In this document: positions 50,001 to 63,059 of the stretch, piece after piece | How positions within the stretch are numbered: position 1 is the stretch's first letter | Layout: each line of letters opens with the position of its first letter | NCBI GenBank assembly: GCA_012026655.1 | Contig: JAAILG010000002.1 | Location: 124,001-188,000 of the forward strand | Length of the DNA: 64,000 nt | DNA from: Hydrolagus affinis | Taxonomy: Eukaryota | Direction: 5' to 3' | The notes under the pieces: generated by a model | Database searches by the model: none | What the model saw: only the letters and a program-made list of their open reading frames with translations | What the model was told of the DNA's origin: nothing | Made by a program: the position numbers and the translations under genes

Positions 50001-50855
50001 TGTTAAATACAAGGTTGACTGACTGCAACTGCATCAGATCTTGCCTAAACGTTTGACTCCAATGCCTGATTTCGGGCCAAATATTATATTCCCTCGTTCA
50101 AATACTGCAAAATAGATTTTTAGTCCATTTGAAGTTCAATCTTATGGGAAATGTTTCTTTAGCGAAACAAATGTTAAGTGAAAATACACATCACGTTGCA
50201 TTAGGCTAGGTTCGCTTGCCTTGCTTGCTTTATGATAGATTGCCATTTTTTAAATTTAGATTGTTGCAGTTTCTCTTCAATTCCCTCCATTATTACCTGC
50301 CAAACTGTTTCCAGAGTCAGTCAGAATGTTAGCGCAGCCTGAGTCACAACCTCTTGCAGCCTACCTTCAATTAATTCAGTTAACCCTCTTTACACTAATA
50401 GAACTGGTATGAGTAAGACGCTCTGACTGCAGAGTATGACATATGTTAGGCTATAAGGTTATAGACGGTGGCATTCAGCCTCATATGCTTTGCCTCAGAC
50501 ACACTTGGCTTTGTGTACTGAATGCACCGATGCTCTAAATTTCAGGGGAAAATGATTCATCTAGTATGTGGTTTTTATTTTAGCCCAGACATAGAAACGT
50601 CATATTCTTTTACTAGCATGGATGCTTTCAACGCATGTCTCAGCATACTGGTTCCTGGGGCATTGTATTAACTGCAACGATTATACCGGAGCTGACACAG
50701 CATTACTTAAGTGCAAAGCCATTTATTTTATGGGATCTCCATGGAAATAGAGAAGCTGAAATGAACACTGAATGCGGCTACTCCAAACAATGAATTTTGT
50801 ATTGAATTTGTACTTTGGTGGCAGTTCAGACCAAAATTCCTAGTTTAGTGCAGGT

Positions 50856-50985
50856 ATTTTCCCTATAGGATGGTGGATGTGTGGAATAGACTACCACCAG
50901 AAGCCTGTGTTGGTATTTTGATTAACTCCTTCCAAAAAAAAATTACTTAAATGTTTGCTTGAGAAGTTTTGAAAGATGTAGGACT
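50856..50985 (+). mobile_element. CR1 fragment (end of ORF2)
   Basis: Translates as ...YRMVDVWNRLPPEACVGILINSFQKK..., like the CR1 RVVNVWN.LP...SINSFK motif. Confidence 0.7.
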
Positions 50986-51224
50986 AGCATTTGTGAGATT
51001 ATATATCTCACTTCAATAACCTCCTTGGAACCATGAAGGTTCAATGTGGAGCTTTGAGCTGCATCAGCCTAAGTATTAGGAGTAGCTGAGTGAACATAAA
51101 CCCACTGGATCTCTGAGCGATGACATCAAGTGAAAATCCTAACTTCCTTTTCCAATCGGTCTTCTCTCCCTCTTCAGTGACTCGACACAAAAAAAAACTT
51201 GAACAGAATTTCCCATCCACAAAT

Positions 51225-51368
51225 TAGATAATTGTTTGGGGGAGAGAAGTTTGCAGGGCTATGGGGAGAGAACAGGGGACTGGAATTTTTTTTTTTTAAC
51301 AACTTTGTTCAAAGAGCTAGCACAGACATGATGGGCCAAATGGCTGTATAAATCTATGATTCTGTGAA
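51225..51368 (+). mobile_element. CR1 3' end
   Basis: TTGCAGGGCTATGGGGAGAGAACAGGGG...AAAGAGCTAGCACAGACATGATGGGCCAAATGGC...TCTATGATTCTGTGA. Confidence 0.85.
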
Positions 51369-51663
51369 TGACATGTTCTAACTTGTGAGTTATTGCATCA
51401 GATTCCTAGTTTATTCATTCAATTCAAGTATGAGTTCTCCCAAGATGTTAGGCACCTGTTAAAGTTTAAAACCATATCCCGTGACTTCAGTGTATAGTTT
51501 TGTTCCAACTTTTCTGAAATTCAACCGCTCCTTTTCTAAAGACAGTGAGAGTGAGGTCAGAGAGAGAGAGAGTGGCTTCAGAAATAGATTAATGCACCTT
51601 CCAACCTAGTGTTTGTTTGATTGATTGGACCCCTCTTATTTTCTTGTTCCAGCAGGTTAAAGT

Positions 51664-51760
51664 TAATAATAATATATAATCATTCTTGCCTTTGATGCAA
51701 GTGCCTGAAATGTCGAAATGTCTCACAGCACTTCACAGGTAGTGGCTGTCAAGTGAAGCA
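51664..51760 (-). mobile_element. SINE tail fragment
   Basis: (TAA)n...TTCTTGCCTTTGATG...ATGTCTCACAGCACTTCACAG. Confidence 0.6.
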
Positions 51761-52494
51761 ATTTTATTTTAGGTGAATTTCATCAAAGTCTGTCTGGTGT
51801 TTCTTGCCTTCTCAGAAATATAGATGGTGTGTGTGTAAAAAAAAGACTCCTGCATATTTTAATGAATCTTTAGACGTCTGGCAAAAACATCTCTCTTTTT
51901 TATGCTTTATCGTCAAAATGACTGTAACTCATTTTAATTGCTGCAATTGGTAGGTGAATAGTGCCATGGCTCTGTCCCTGATTCCATCACATCACTGATG
52001 GGTTGGATCGATTGCAAATTCAGTTTCTTCTTCAAGTTTAGTTGATCATCTGTATTTATCACTGTTAGAGTAGCCCACACGGACCTTCTTCTAATTTATT
52101 GAATAAGAGAGCGGTTTTAAATGAGCCAATTCAGATTTTTCTTCCTTCCATACAGCTAATTATCTTCTTCAAGACCCTCAAGCAATTTTGCATTCAAGGA
52201 CAGCGTATAACTATTTGGTACACTTTACATTAAATAAGCAGAAAAAAGTATGGGAAACATTTCTCCGTTGAACTTCCCATGGGGGAATACTGCATTTATA
52301 TTTGGTGGCAAAATTGTCCCTGTGATTCATCGCCAGAGTTGCGGTATCAGCAGGGGTTGAAGTACCACAAATCTCCCTGGAGACCTGTTCCTAAACCTAT
52401 TTGAAGGAGGTGCCGAGCAAAGTATGACAAAGCCCCGTAATGCAAGGATGAATATGAAATGGAGACTCACGTCTCAGTGTCAGACTCGTGACTT

Positions 52495-52832
52495 TTATTG
52501 CTGGGGGTGCATTGCATTGACGGATGTGCCATCCTTTGGATGAGACATTAAACTAAGGTTCCTTCCCAAAGCATTGGGACGTCCTCCCGACGCAACAGAT
52601 GCTATACAATTGTATCTTTGTTGTTCTGGGTGTTCAGGTGACTGTTAACTATCCCATGGCACTATTCGATAAGAGAAGGGGGTTTCTCCCAAGATGCTGG
52701 CCAGGAATCACCCAAATCAAGTTAGTCATTCATTTTGTGGCTGTTCATATGCGCACATTGGCTGCCGTCTTTGCCTGCAAATTCACAGTCACTACACAAT
52801 ACGGTAAATTCTGTGAAGCAATTTGAGATGTG
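52495..52832 (+). mobile_element. DeuSINE (SacSINE1-like) with a nested family B element at ~52568-52627
   Basis: Deu core GGATGTGCCATCCTTTGGATGAGACATTAAAC...[insert]...TTCAGGTGACTGTTAACTATCCCATGGCACTATTCGATAAGAGAAGGGGG, then the shared 3' body. Confidence 0.85.
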
Positions 52833-53655
52833 CAATAGAGAGTTGGCAGTGTGGTGTCCTCCTGCTTTTGTAGTAACAATCAATGGGCCACAAGGTTAAA
52901 TTGCCAAAAGATCACGGAATAAATGTTATAAGACCAAAGTTTTGGAAAATTATGCAAAACATTCTATTTTTCTTCAAAACAGCGTTGATTGTATACTTAT
53001 GTTGCCATTTAAATCCACAAATGTTTCATTGTTGAAGTTATAACAACTACAATAACAACAAATTGCATTTATGTAGTGCCTTTCATGTTAGCATATCTAA
53101 ATAAATTTACATATAATGTTGAAAAACTAGATTAACCAGGTGTGGATGGCTTGACATAAATTCTTTGAATTATTTAATTTTTCTTCATTAAGATTTTACA
53201 ACCAATTTGTGCAGCTTCAGCTGGCATTAATACTTTTGGAGTAATTCTACAAGGAGTAAGCATTATTCTCAATATCATTATTTTTATCCCAACATTCAAT
53301 TTCCTTATTAATGTTTTTAATGCCGAATTCATTATTCTGCCTTATTATCTGGGGAGTTTCAATGAATTCCCCGGAAATATGTGTAAGTGAGGAAATTACA
53401 ATTTGCAATGGAGGGTCATTTACCTCAGCTGCTAACATTATCGTCATCTCAGGGTGGCAGATTGAGGCTCGAGATCCATTTCTGACACCCATCACAGGGG
53501 TGGGAGTCAAAGATCTTTTGCTGAAGCATGAAAAATAGTAGCACAATCAATTGAAATGTGTGCAGGATAAACGTTTTTTTACTGATACAATTACATTAAC
53601 GGGAAATGAATCCAGAATTTCGCCAACTTAATATAGAGTCAGTTCACTTTATAGT

Positions 53656-53957
53656 GAAATTCTGTAGCTCAGTGGTTAGAGTACATGCCTCGCCCTGCCT
53701 GGGTTCGATTCCAGGCAGGGCGAAACCTTGGGCAAGTTTCCTTACTCCACACTCCTAATAATAATCCCTCAAAAAATATATAAACTGGTCACTTCAACCC
53801 ACAACTGTTTGTGGGTCAATACTGTGCAGAATTGGTTCCTGTGTTTCGCCCACACATAATAAACAGTCAATTCACTTTACAGTATATTCTGTGAAGCGCT
53901 TTGAGCCGTCTAGAAGATGTGGAAAGCGATGTATCAAATGCAAGGATTATTGTTATT
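53656..53957 (+). mobile_element. Near full-length family A SINE
   Basis: CTGTAGCTCAGTGGTTAGAG...GGGTTCGATTCC...TGCAAGGATTATTGTTATT. Confidence 0.95.
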
Positions 53958-56287
53958 CATACCAAACGTAAACGATGCCTTGACTGCTTTACTCAGCCCA
54001 TAAAGCGTGTGAGCAGAGTCGTCTTTATTAATTTAAACCACTTTAGAAGGGCATTGTTGAGTAAAAAAAATGAACAAACAATTGGGCAACTTTCTGTGCA
54101 GGGCTTCCTGTAGAAGGGACTCCAAATTATATTGAATCATTAGGAGGAATATCAGAGTGGTCACAATGGCACTGCAATCTACAGTTCATTTTGCCAAAGG
54201 CAAATAAGGAGTGATGAGAAATCAACCACTTCACAGCAGCAATACGTTTCCAGTTTTAATAACTTTTACACACTTCCTATTCATTATTGCAAAAACGTCT
54301 AGCATTTTCTTCGATTTTCCTATTGCAAACCACGAGGTGGTAGTCAAAATGAGATTCTGTATTCAAAGGCAAGAGGTCTGGAAGGGAAGACCACAATGAA
54401 TTAGTAATTTGGATCATAAAATACTTCAGGGTGATATGAAAATGGATAACAAAGCCAATGAATAAAGATTCAGTCTCACTTTACGCTCCCCAGTGATAGT
54501 TGACGGGCAGGTTAAAACTGGGTAATGTTTCTACTGAGTCGTGATGAAGCTCTTAACATTCAGCAATGTCAGAATATACAACTCTCTCTCTGTGCAGTGT
54601 GTCACTGAGAGCTATGAAAGCAGCGTATTGCAGATGGAATATCGTTTGCAGCCTGGTGTGAGAAATTAATCCTCATCAATCTGAATTTTGAGAATATGTC
54701 ATTATTTCATGGTTATATTAAAAAAACACAAGAATAGAAAACAGCAACTTAGTAAGAACAAACTGAATGTTCGATCAATGTTCACATCGAACGGCAACGC
54801 AGCAGCTCTGATCTACACATGCATGTCTCTCATTTATCCTGATACATGTAGTTTAAGCAAACACAATGAAGAGAAAAAGAGCATCTCAAGAAACTCCCTC
54901 ACTGGGAGAATGAAACACTTGATTCCTATGCTTATTGAGTCACTTCTGTTTGTTGAGTCAGAGAAAAGATCAGGAGAAAAGTACATTCACATTGAGTGGC
55001 ACCGTGATCTTGCATCATCATTAAAAGCATAAGTTTGTGCTCCTGTGCAGCCACAATAAACTCATCAAACATTTATTAGTCAGTCCCAGGGCTTTCAGTA
55101 GTGTCTTAATCAATAAACTCAAACGCGAGTCTGGTTCTGAAAAAACAAAATCACACATATAAACTGTTCTAATTTGCTGTACACCCCCAGAACAGTAATT
55201 TGTTGCAGGCTCCCAAAATATTGCTCTTTCCCCAGCGAAAATTGTTTATCCAGTTAAAAGATACACAACACACAATTGGAGATTGTCTTCGATTTCCCGT
55301 CCTAACAAAACCAAGGTAATCTCTCAACTTTCGTAACTAATATTTAAATGAGTTGATAAAAATCTTCACTTGAACCCTGTCCAATTTAGTTACTCTATAA
55401 ATGCACGTGCCACCTGTCATGGGAAGCTTAATACTGTAGTTCAGACTCTTAATTGTATAAATGACCCTTTTTAACCTTCCCTCGTTTAGTACTGCTTCGG
55501 GTCATTATCATTTTCATGTATGTTTTCAGAGAACGTAATTATTCTTCTCTCTTTGGAATTGCAATGGTGAGCCACGGAAGGTTATTGTGGAGTGACAGCG
55601 TTAGGTTCCAAGTCAAACAGTTGGGTGAAAATAATCAGTCCCTGTGTGGTACCACATAATAAGTCTGCTCCCCTATAATCGTATTATGAATTCTGTACCC
55701 ATTTTAGGTAGGGGGTCACAGCTGCTCTTGGTACGAGGTTGAGATGAAGAGGGTACGCAAGGGGGCTTCTAACAAATTCTGTTCACATGGATAGCATTCT
55801 GCATTAAAGTGATAGATTTTTGTACCACTGCATAAGGCACTAATAGGTGACTCACAGTAGGAATAACAAAGTGATTCATAGATAGCTCTATCTTGATTTA
55901 TAATCTTAATTATGCACTACAGAGTTTAGCTACACATGACTTCACCGTTCAAAATGATTTAAGCAACAGTGATGTCTTCCTGTCTCGACTGATTAATCGA
56001 TTCATACCGGTCATGTGTCCTAATTTGTATTGGTCACGTGAGGCGCATCAGAACGTTATACAGTATATAACATTTATCATTTACAATACCTTTATATGAT
56101 GGCTTCCAGCACCATTATGGTGAAATACAACTCTGTCGGCGGACTGGTTATCATAGCAGGTTGAGAGGGCTGCTTATTGAATGGAAAACTGGGCTGACAT
56201 TTGTAGAGTTCCAGAACTAGTGTGATGTGATAATTATCGTATTGAAAGAGATTGAAACACCATTAGTATATCCCGGTATAACAAATC

Positions 56288-56595
56288 TGGCTCAGTTGGT
56301 AGCTCTCACTCTCTCTCTCTCTTTCTCTCTATCTGTCTCAGTGGGAAAGTTGAATCCGTACATTGAGACGGTGAGCTCATAGTTTAGACTGAATCTCTAC
56401 TGCAGTGCCACATTGCCAGAAGTCTTTCAGATGAGATATGAAACCTCGGACCCATCTACTTGTTGAAGTGGATGTTAAAGATCCCACGGCACCATTCGAA
56501 AACAGAAGGGAATTTTATCCTGTGACCTGGCCAAGCATCCTTCAGATAAAATTGATTGTTTGCGTGAAAAGATTGCCAATGTTCACCTACAAATG
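56288..56595 (+). mobile_element. DeuSINE (SacSINE1-like) with a (CT)n expansion in the head
   Basis: TGGCTCAGTTGGTAGC A box; Deu core TCTTTCAGATGAGA...GTGGATGTTAAAGATCCCACGGCACCATTCGAAAACAG. Confidence 0.82.
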
Positions 56596-58639
56596 TTCAC
56601 CAAAAAAGTCGCGGGATCGATAAAACTGTGTTTGCCAACTACATTATTGTTGATAGAACATTTGAACCAAGGAGAAATGTGTCTGGTTCGACAAGCTCAG
56701 GTCTCTAAAGGTTAGGAGTAAATGAGAAAATATGTAGTTCACCCCAATTCCAATCTTTGGCCACAAAACCAGCTGATCAATATTACACCCTTCCCTGTCA
56801 CAATGTTCCGCTGCCCTCACAAATTGTATTAAGAATTACCCTGAACTGAACCCAGACACAGAGTTTACCTACCGGGTCAGTGTTCCTATATCGTTGGCGG
56901 AGATGGTCACTGGCGTGAAACGAGAGCATAAGGGTTGGTTAGCAAAGCACACGTTCTGCTACAGCATTCCAATCTTTCAGCTACTTCTTGATTCAACCTC
57001 AGTAATGGAATCCACAGGAGAGTATGAATTTAATGCACAGCGTATTAAAACTTCCAGGAGATAAAGTTCACCGCAATGATTTACCTCCAATTTGATGTAA
57101 ATGTCTCCTTGCATTAATAACTGCTGTTCAGCAGTGACAGGCTTCATAAACTATGTAACAGCATTCCAGTATTACTGTACACAGTTTGTGTCACACCTGG
57201 ATGTTCATATATGTAATATTTTTAATTTTTTTTAATTTATTTAGATCAGTTAGCCGATTACCTGCCCCCGTTTTAAAGCCTTTACTGCCCAGATGTGATC
57301 ATACATTTTTTATTGTGTGCAGTTTTACTAAATTTGGTTATCCAAAGCATGGCGAGTTATCCTAACAAGCTACCAGGCAGGCTACCAGGCTACCAACGAA
57401 CACGGCTTTATCCTGAACTTTGTACAAATCATATGCCAATTAGAGCGAGGCAAGCTCAGAAAGAATTAGAACCAGAGTGACATTTATGCACAACAGAAAA
57501 TTGAGAATGCAGGCTGGCTTCTCACAGCTGTGAGTTTGACCAGTCAAATTGGAAGGCTATTTATATGAGCTTGATGTCCTATGTTGGCGAAGTTGATAAT
57601 TGTGATTCATCCTTATCTCACATTCATGTGTGTTGAAATAATGTGTTGGTGTTCGCTTGTCCTCTTCACGTAGTTTAAAATGAAACATTGCAAATGTGTC
57701 AGTGTTAAAATGTTTGCTGGGGATTTCATTTAAGAAACAGGCAATGGGCTCGCTTTCGACAAATGTACCAAAATATTGACCTTGTCAAAAAATGTTCATG
57801 ATATAAATGTATTTGCTGAATATCCGCAGTCCAAATCAGCAAATTACCCCACCTCGTTCCTCATGAATTGAAAATTTGAACCGAACTCAAACATTCACTG
57901 GAATAGAACAAAAACGCTAGACATGTCAAAACCTGAATACACCAATCGAAGGTGTGATCTTAGAAAAATCTGAAGCAACAGCTGAAACAGTCTTAGAACA
58001 GTACTAACTGCAAACCACTGTCTTCTAGGCCTTAAGACGCCGAGACGAAGGTAAATTAATTAATAAGTGCAGTAGCGTTTCTATTAGTTAGTGCATTTTG
58101 AGTGAAATGGGACATCCTTCAGAAAGCATTTATGTCCACATTTTTTCTAGTGACAGTCTTAAGCATTAAAAGCACTCCAAAGTGAAATATCTGTGATGTC
58201 ACAAATTCCAGTCGTGACAGATGTCAGGTTTGCAATGTGCCTACATTATTATGTGTGATGAGCTGTGACAGTTTTCAGCTGGGTTACTTATGGGGCATTT
58301 TCACTTGGTGAATAATTACAGTTCACTGGCTTGATTTGGCTCTATTAGTCCAAATATGCGCCTCCAACAGCTTTGAAACAGGATTTCCTACAACAAAAAC
58401 TAGATATTAAGGCCAATTTTGCCAGAGATTCGCATAAAGCGATCAGTTGATGGCTAGGGATACTATGTGCGAGATCACATTCAAGGATGAGGGTACTTTA
58501 AAGGGAAGGGACACAATGAGAACAGTTTTCAATCGTGCGAATTTCAGGTGGCAGCCGTAGTTGATCAGTAATTTTTAGGGATTTCTTAAGAAAAGTTTGT
58601 GTAGTTTAAAAAAGCTTTTAAAAAAAATACAATTGCAGG

Positions 58640-59090
58640 TTTGGAGCATGTTAAATTTAAATGAATGAAAGGAATTTACAGAATAGACAGTGGCTGACTC
58701 TTCCCTCAGCTGGAGGGATACATCACAAGGGAACATGCCCTTAAAATCACAACTAAGACAGTTAGCACTGAGATCAGGAAAAGTTCACAAAGTCACTTCA
58801 CTTCACAATAAATGCTGTGAATCGCTTTGTAACGTCCTCCTGATGTGAAAGGCGCTATACCGAATGCAAGGATTATCATTATTTCTTGATGCGGACAGTG
58901 TAAGACTAGAATGTTCTGCCCCAGAAAGCCACAGAGGTGGAATCAATAGAGATGTTTAAGACAGGGACAGACAGATAGTTAGTTATTATGGGATATAGCC
59001 AAAGGTCAAGGTATTGGGATTAAGCCAAATCTAATAAAATGGTGGAATAGGCTCGAAGCCCAGACAGCCTCCTCTTTTTCTATTCTGTGT
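58640..59090 (+). mobile_element. CR1 3' fragment interrupted by a SINE tail at ~58787-58883
   Basis: ACAAGGGAACATGCCCTTAAAATC (TRGH.LK-like)...ATCAGGAAAAG [SINE tail ending GATTATCATTATT] ...GAATGTTCTGCCCCAGAAAG...AATGGTGGAATAGGCTCGAAG. Confidence 0.8.
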
Positions 59091-61462
59091 TTTTGCTTGA
59101 AGCCATATGGGCTGATTTGAGTTGAGCTGTTTTGTTTATCACATTGGCTCTCAGTGTTGGATGTGGTTTATTAATAACTCTACTCCTTTTTGCACACAAA
59201 GGTTTATACAAACTTGCAATTCAGGTTCTGGGTGGTGGGAGAGAGGGAAAGCAGGCACCGCCGATCTGTACCACATATTGGTGCCAGAGGAAATCTGCCA
59301 CAGAGATGGGTGTGACAGTATTTGGTGAAATCCGGATCCAAAAACTGCAGGCTTTTCATAAGAACAACAGGAGCTCAGAATCTGCTAATGTTCAGCCATT
59401 AGCTGGGAGTACTGTGCATAGAAAACAAAGTTTCTCCGCAATCGTTTTAAGATAAATCAAGCGAAATCCCTGGCTTCACAACTTAGCTGTATCATATACA
59501 CAGATTTATTTGTTTGCAAGGAGGCCATCGAAACTTAAAGCGATTAGTTAGCAGAATCATTGTCAAAATGAAAAATAGGGAGGTTATATACAAGGGTGGA
59601 TCAGCAAAGCGAAAGGCAGCAGAGAGCATGGTGTATCAGAAAATGACATGCTACACTTGGCATTTCTAAGACATTCTGTTAATAAAAGCACCAGAAAAAC
59701 AATCCAGCTACAATGAAAAGAGCATTCGACCTCATTGTTTAATTTACTTATCAGTAAAGGAAACAAATAGGCATTATACTGTTATTAGAAATCAATCCAA
59801 TTGTTATACAGAAAAAGGCAATCTCTTTTGCATGAGTGCTAGTCAGAGCTACTGAGGCATTCGTGACCTCCAGGTCACATATTTCAGGAACTGGAAACAT
59901 GATAACTTTAAATTCATAATGAATGAAGAAATACAAGGGGAGACAGAATGAGGATTAACACTGCTTTGCAGGAAACCCCAGAGATTGGAAATTAAACATT
60001 TGACAAGAAGGACATTTTGGAAAGGACGCTTGGCAAAGTATTAATACTGACGGAGATAACCACATGGAGGTGAAGGAAAGGGGAAAAAAAATGTGCAGGC
60101 TGCATTCAGAAATGAGAAATTTATTTTTATTAGAAAAGGAACATCAGGCCATAGCAAAGGTAAAGCTGTAGCCAGGAAGAATGTGCAGACAGAGTAAATC
60201 TGAAGAGAGAAACAGAAGGGGTTACAAATGGAAGTTCACGGACACAATATTAATTAATGACAGCCACCATAAAATGAATGGCAATTGCAAAAGCACCGAA
60301 GAATAAGGGAACACATAAGTAATCTTGGTAATTCAACATTGGTTTCAACACATGTTTCAATATGGCTGGCAAGTTGGGCTATCTGATCGTTTTGTAAAGT
60401 AAAAACATCTGCATATTGCCACAACGACAGATGTTGAGGTCCGTACATAATTCCGTAGCTCATGAATATTCATGAATTGGATGACTGATTCTGTTGGATT
60501 GTGCCCAGGTACTAAATGGGGCACAATGAAGACATGTGGGCTTTGAGTAACTCTCACTGTTAAGAATCAGAAGAGTGGATCGTCGATGTTTCCACCGACC
60601 AGCCAGCAATTGAACCTTGCATTGGAATCCCTAAGTGATTCTTAGGGAATCACCCTCACCAAAAAAGATCTTTATTTTGCCTTCCCTATTGCATTGCCAT
60701 ATTTCTTTTTTAAGAAACTGCTTTTAATTCCTGAGGGCTAATAAACATTAAGTATTGTTCAAAGTGTTATTTAATGTCACAGACTCCACCCGGGAAAACA
60801 AAATCAGACCATTATTCATTCTTGTCTTCATTTCCCTTTATTTCTTTTGCCTGGGGAGAACCCAGTTCCATTTCAGCAAGTGCACAAATTATCCTTTTTG
60901 CTGATGGAAATCTTTACTAACAGGTTATTGTGCTGAAATTAAATTATTCTACCATTATGATCATTGCCTGACTGATTCCAAGTCAAAACAAAGCCCCAAA
61001 TAGTCAGGAGGCAAAGGCAGAGATAAAGGCAGTGCCCATGGTCACAGGCCAATCTCTTTTGAAGCACTTTTCCTTTGCCCAATTTTGACGTGAATTCCTT
61101 CCAGATACACATGGTTATTACTCTAGTTAGCTGACAGTAACTTATGCTCTCTTCCTCATTTCCCCCCATCTTCCTGAGCCTGTTTCTCAGTTTCCATCAG
61201 GTCTCCCTTGGCCATCTCCCTTGGCTTACGTCCTCTCCTCATCAGGCTTATTCCACTCCTCCCCTTCCTTCCTCAGGCTGTAATTCTTCCCTACCCAAGC
61301 AGCTACAGTGTCTTAACTCACACACCAACATATTCAGATAGAACACACAAGTTTACACTAGAGGCCAAGAACTTTTAAAATAACAAGTCATTCTACTGCC
61401 AGTTGGAACTTCCAAGTGAATGGCTTTGTGGAAGGAACATGCTTACTTATGGAACATGCTTA

Positions 61463-61530
61463 CAGCACCTTGGGAAGTCCTCTCAACGTGAAAGGCGCTA
61501 CATTAATGTAAGTTTTGATTGATTTTTTTT
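61463..61530 (+). mobile_element. Family B tail-only element
   Basis: CAGCACCTTGGGAAGTCCTCTCAACGTGAAAGGCGCTACATTAATGTAAGTTTTG. Confidence 0.8.
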
Positions 61531-62068
61531 GATTGATTACGAGCAAACAGCCATTTGACCGTGCTAGTCATAATTTCTATCTAATGTTTGAATCAAATGG
61601 ATATGTAGAATTGCTGACAATGTAGCAAATTCCCTCCTGATCACTAATTTAGGGTGGAGTGTTCTTCAGATACAGGCCCCTACTCCCCACCTCCCCCAAG
61701 GAATTAAAGGATTTAATCTAAAATAAGTTCAATTAAATTAATCTACTGTGTGTAATGTTAGAGGAGAATTTGTTGCAGATTATTATTTTAATTAAGATGT
61801 TAACTAAGTGATTTTTGGTTTACCTCTAGCTACAGTTGACTTGGAGAATCCTAAAAACATACACATCGATGCAAATTTACTCTCGGGTGCCTGTTTGTAT
61901 TCAAAGGTTGTGGCTGCAAAGACAATGATTGTATGTGTATACTGTATATTTCTATGCAATTTCCAACATTTCATTCTTTCTGATCGTAATTGCTCACAGT
62001 CAATTATATAAACATTGCTGGCAGTGATCAGTTTCAATTATGGATCCAATTATTACTGAAATAATCAG

Positions 62069-62492
62069 CCTGGTTCAAATAGTGGTATTCTCACCTCTGA
62101 GTCAAAGGTTTATGACTTCAAACCATACAACTGGACTTGGAACTCCTATAGTTCCAACTGCCAACTTCCATTGCAATGTTGGCGAGGTGCTATATTTATG
62201 GAGGTGCTATCCTTCAGATGAGACATCTCATCTGGCTGTGCAAGTGGACTATCCCATGGCAGTATGTGTAAAAAGAGAAGGGAGTTTCTCCTACTGTGCT
62301 TACCAACCAACAGTCTCCCAGAATGAAAATGGTAATTCAATTCATGGGTGTTTGTGTGATATTGCTGTATCTAAATTGGCTGCTGCATTTGCCTTTCCTA
62401 CAGTACATACAATAAATCCCGTGAGGTACTTTGAGACGTCCTTCCAATGTAAAAGGTGCCATATCAAATGCAAGATTTATTATTATTATTAT
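62069..62492 (+). mobile_element. Near full-length DeuSINE (SacSINE1-like)
   Basis: tRNA-like head (CTCACCTCTGAGTCAAAGGTT), Deu core (GGAGGTGCTATCCTTCAGATGAGAC...ATCCCATGGCA), shared stem-loop tail and (ATT)n. Confidence 0.85.
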
Positions 62493-63059
62493 TTTAAAAA
62501 TCCATCACCTTCTAGTTATTTGTTTTTCTGACATGAAAGCCACTACCAGAAAGTTGAGAAATAATCTGCTATTTTACAGTTGAGTGTATGAGGATATGAG
62601 CTGGAGCCAGGGCAAGTTTAATGGGTCTGCTCCGTTATTTGATTGTCTAAGCCTTAATAGCAAAACAGGACATTGGAGACGACATGGTGGGTCTTAGATT
62701 TGTTTTCTGCAAACAAACTGGATTGTTTGGCAAAAACTAAAGAGGTTTTTCATTTTTCTAACCAAGCTGGACATGCAGAAAACTAGTCAGCCCAGGCAAA
62801 TGTATGCCTTTTCTTATCCAGTCTTGTTTGTAATTTGTTTCTGTTTCCTATTATACCCTCTCCAGGAAATACTTAAATTTTCCCCTGCAGACTAATCATT
62901 TCCTGGGTATTGTTTGAAAGCCAATTGCTCATCTCCTACAAACAAGTAGTACTGCTTTTTTGTTTTAATTGTTCTGTCTGCCTCTCGTTTACATGGTCCA
63001 TCAGGGAAAATCTTTTATTTGTATGGACAGCCGAGTGTCTGATAAACGTAGAGAGCCAT

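Noticed and set aside
22158-55845. miRNA seed-like matches (TAAGGCAC near 22159 and 55833; TAATACTG near 55429)
   Set aside because: The matches end after 8 nt, with no mature miRNA sequence or precursor hairpin.
2232-61246. Other CTGATGA motifs considered as hammerhead cores or snoRNA boxes
   Set aside because: No correctly spaced GAAA with stems, and no C/D box pair with a terminal stem was found by eye.
41003-61463. Short tandem or direct duplications (TCAAGACTAA x2 near 41003, GGCTACCA repeats near 57368, GGAACATGCTTAC x2 near 61434) and dispersed repeats considered as a CRISPR-like array
   Set aside because: These are ordinary slippage duplications. There is no regular repeat-spacer periodicity and the context is eukaryotic.
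62040-62531. 163-aa plus-strand ORF
   Set aside because: It lies almost entirely within a DeuSINE and the poly-Y comes from the (ATT)n tail.
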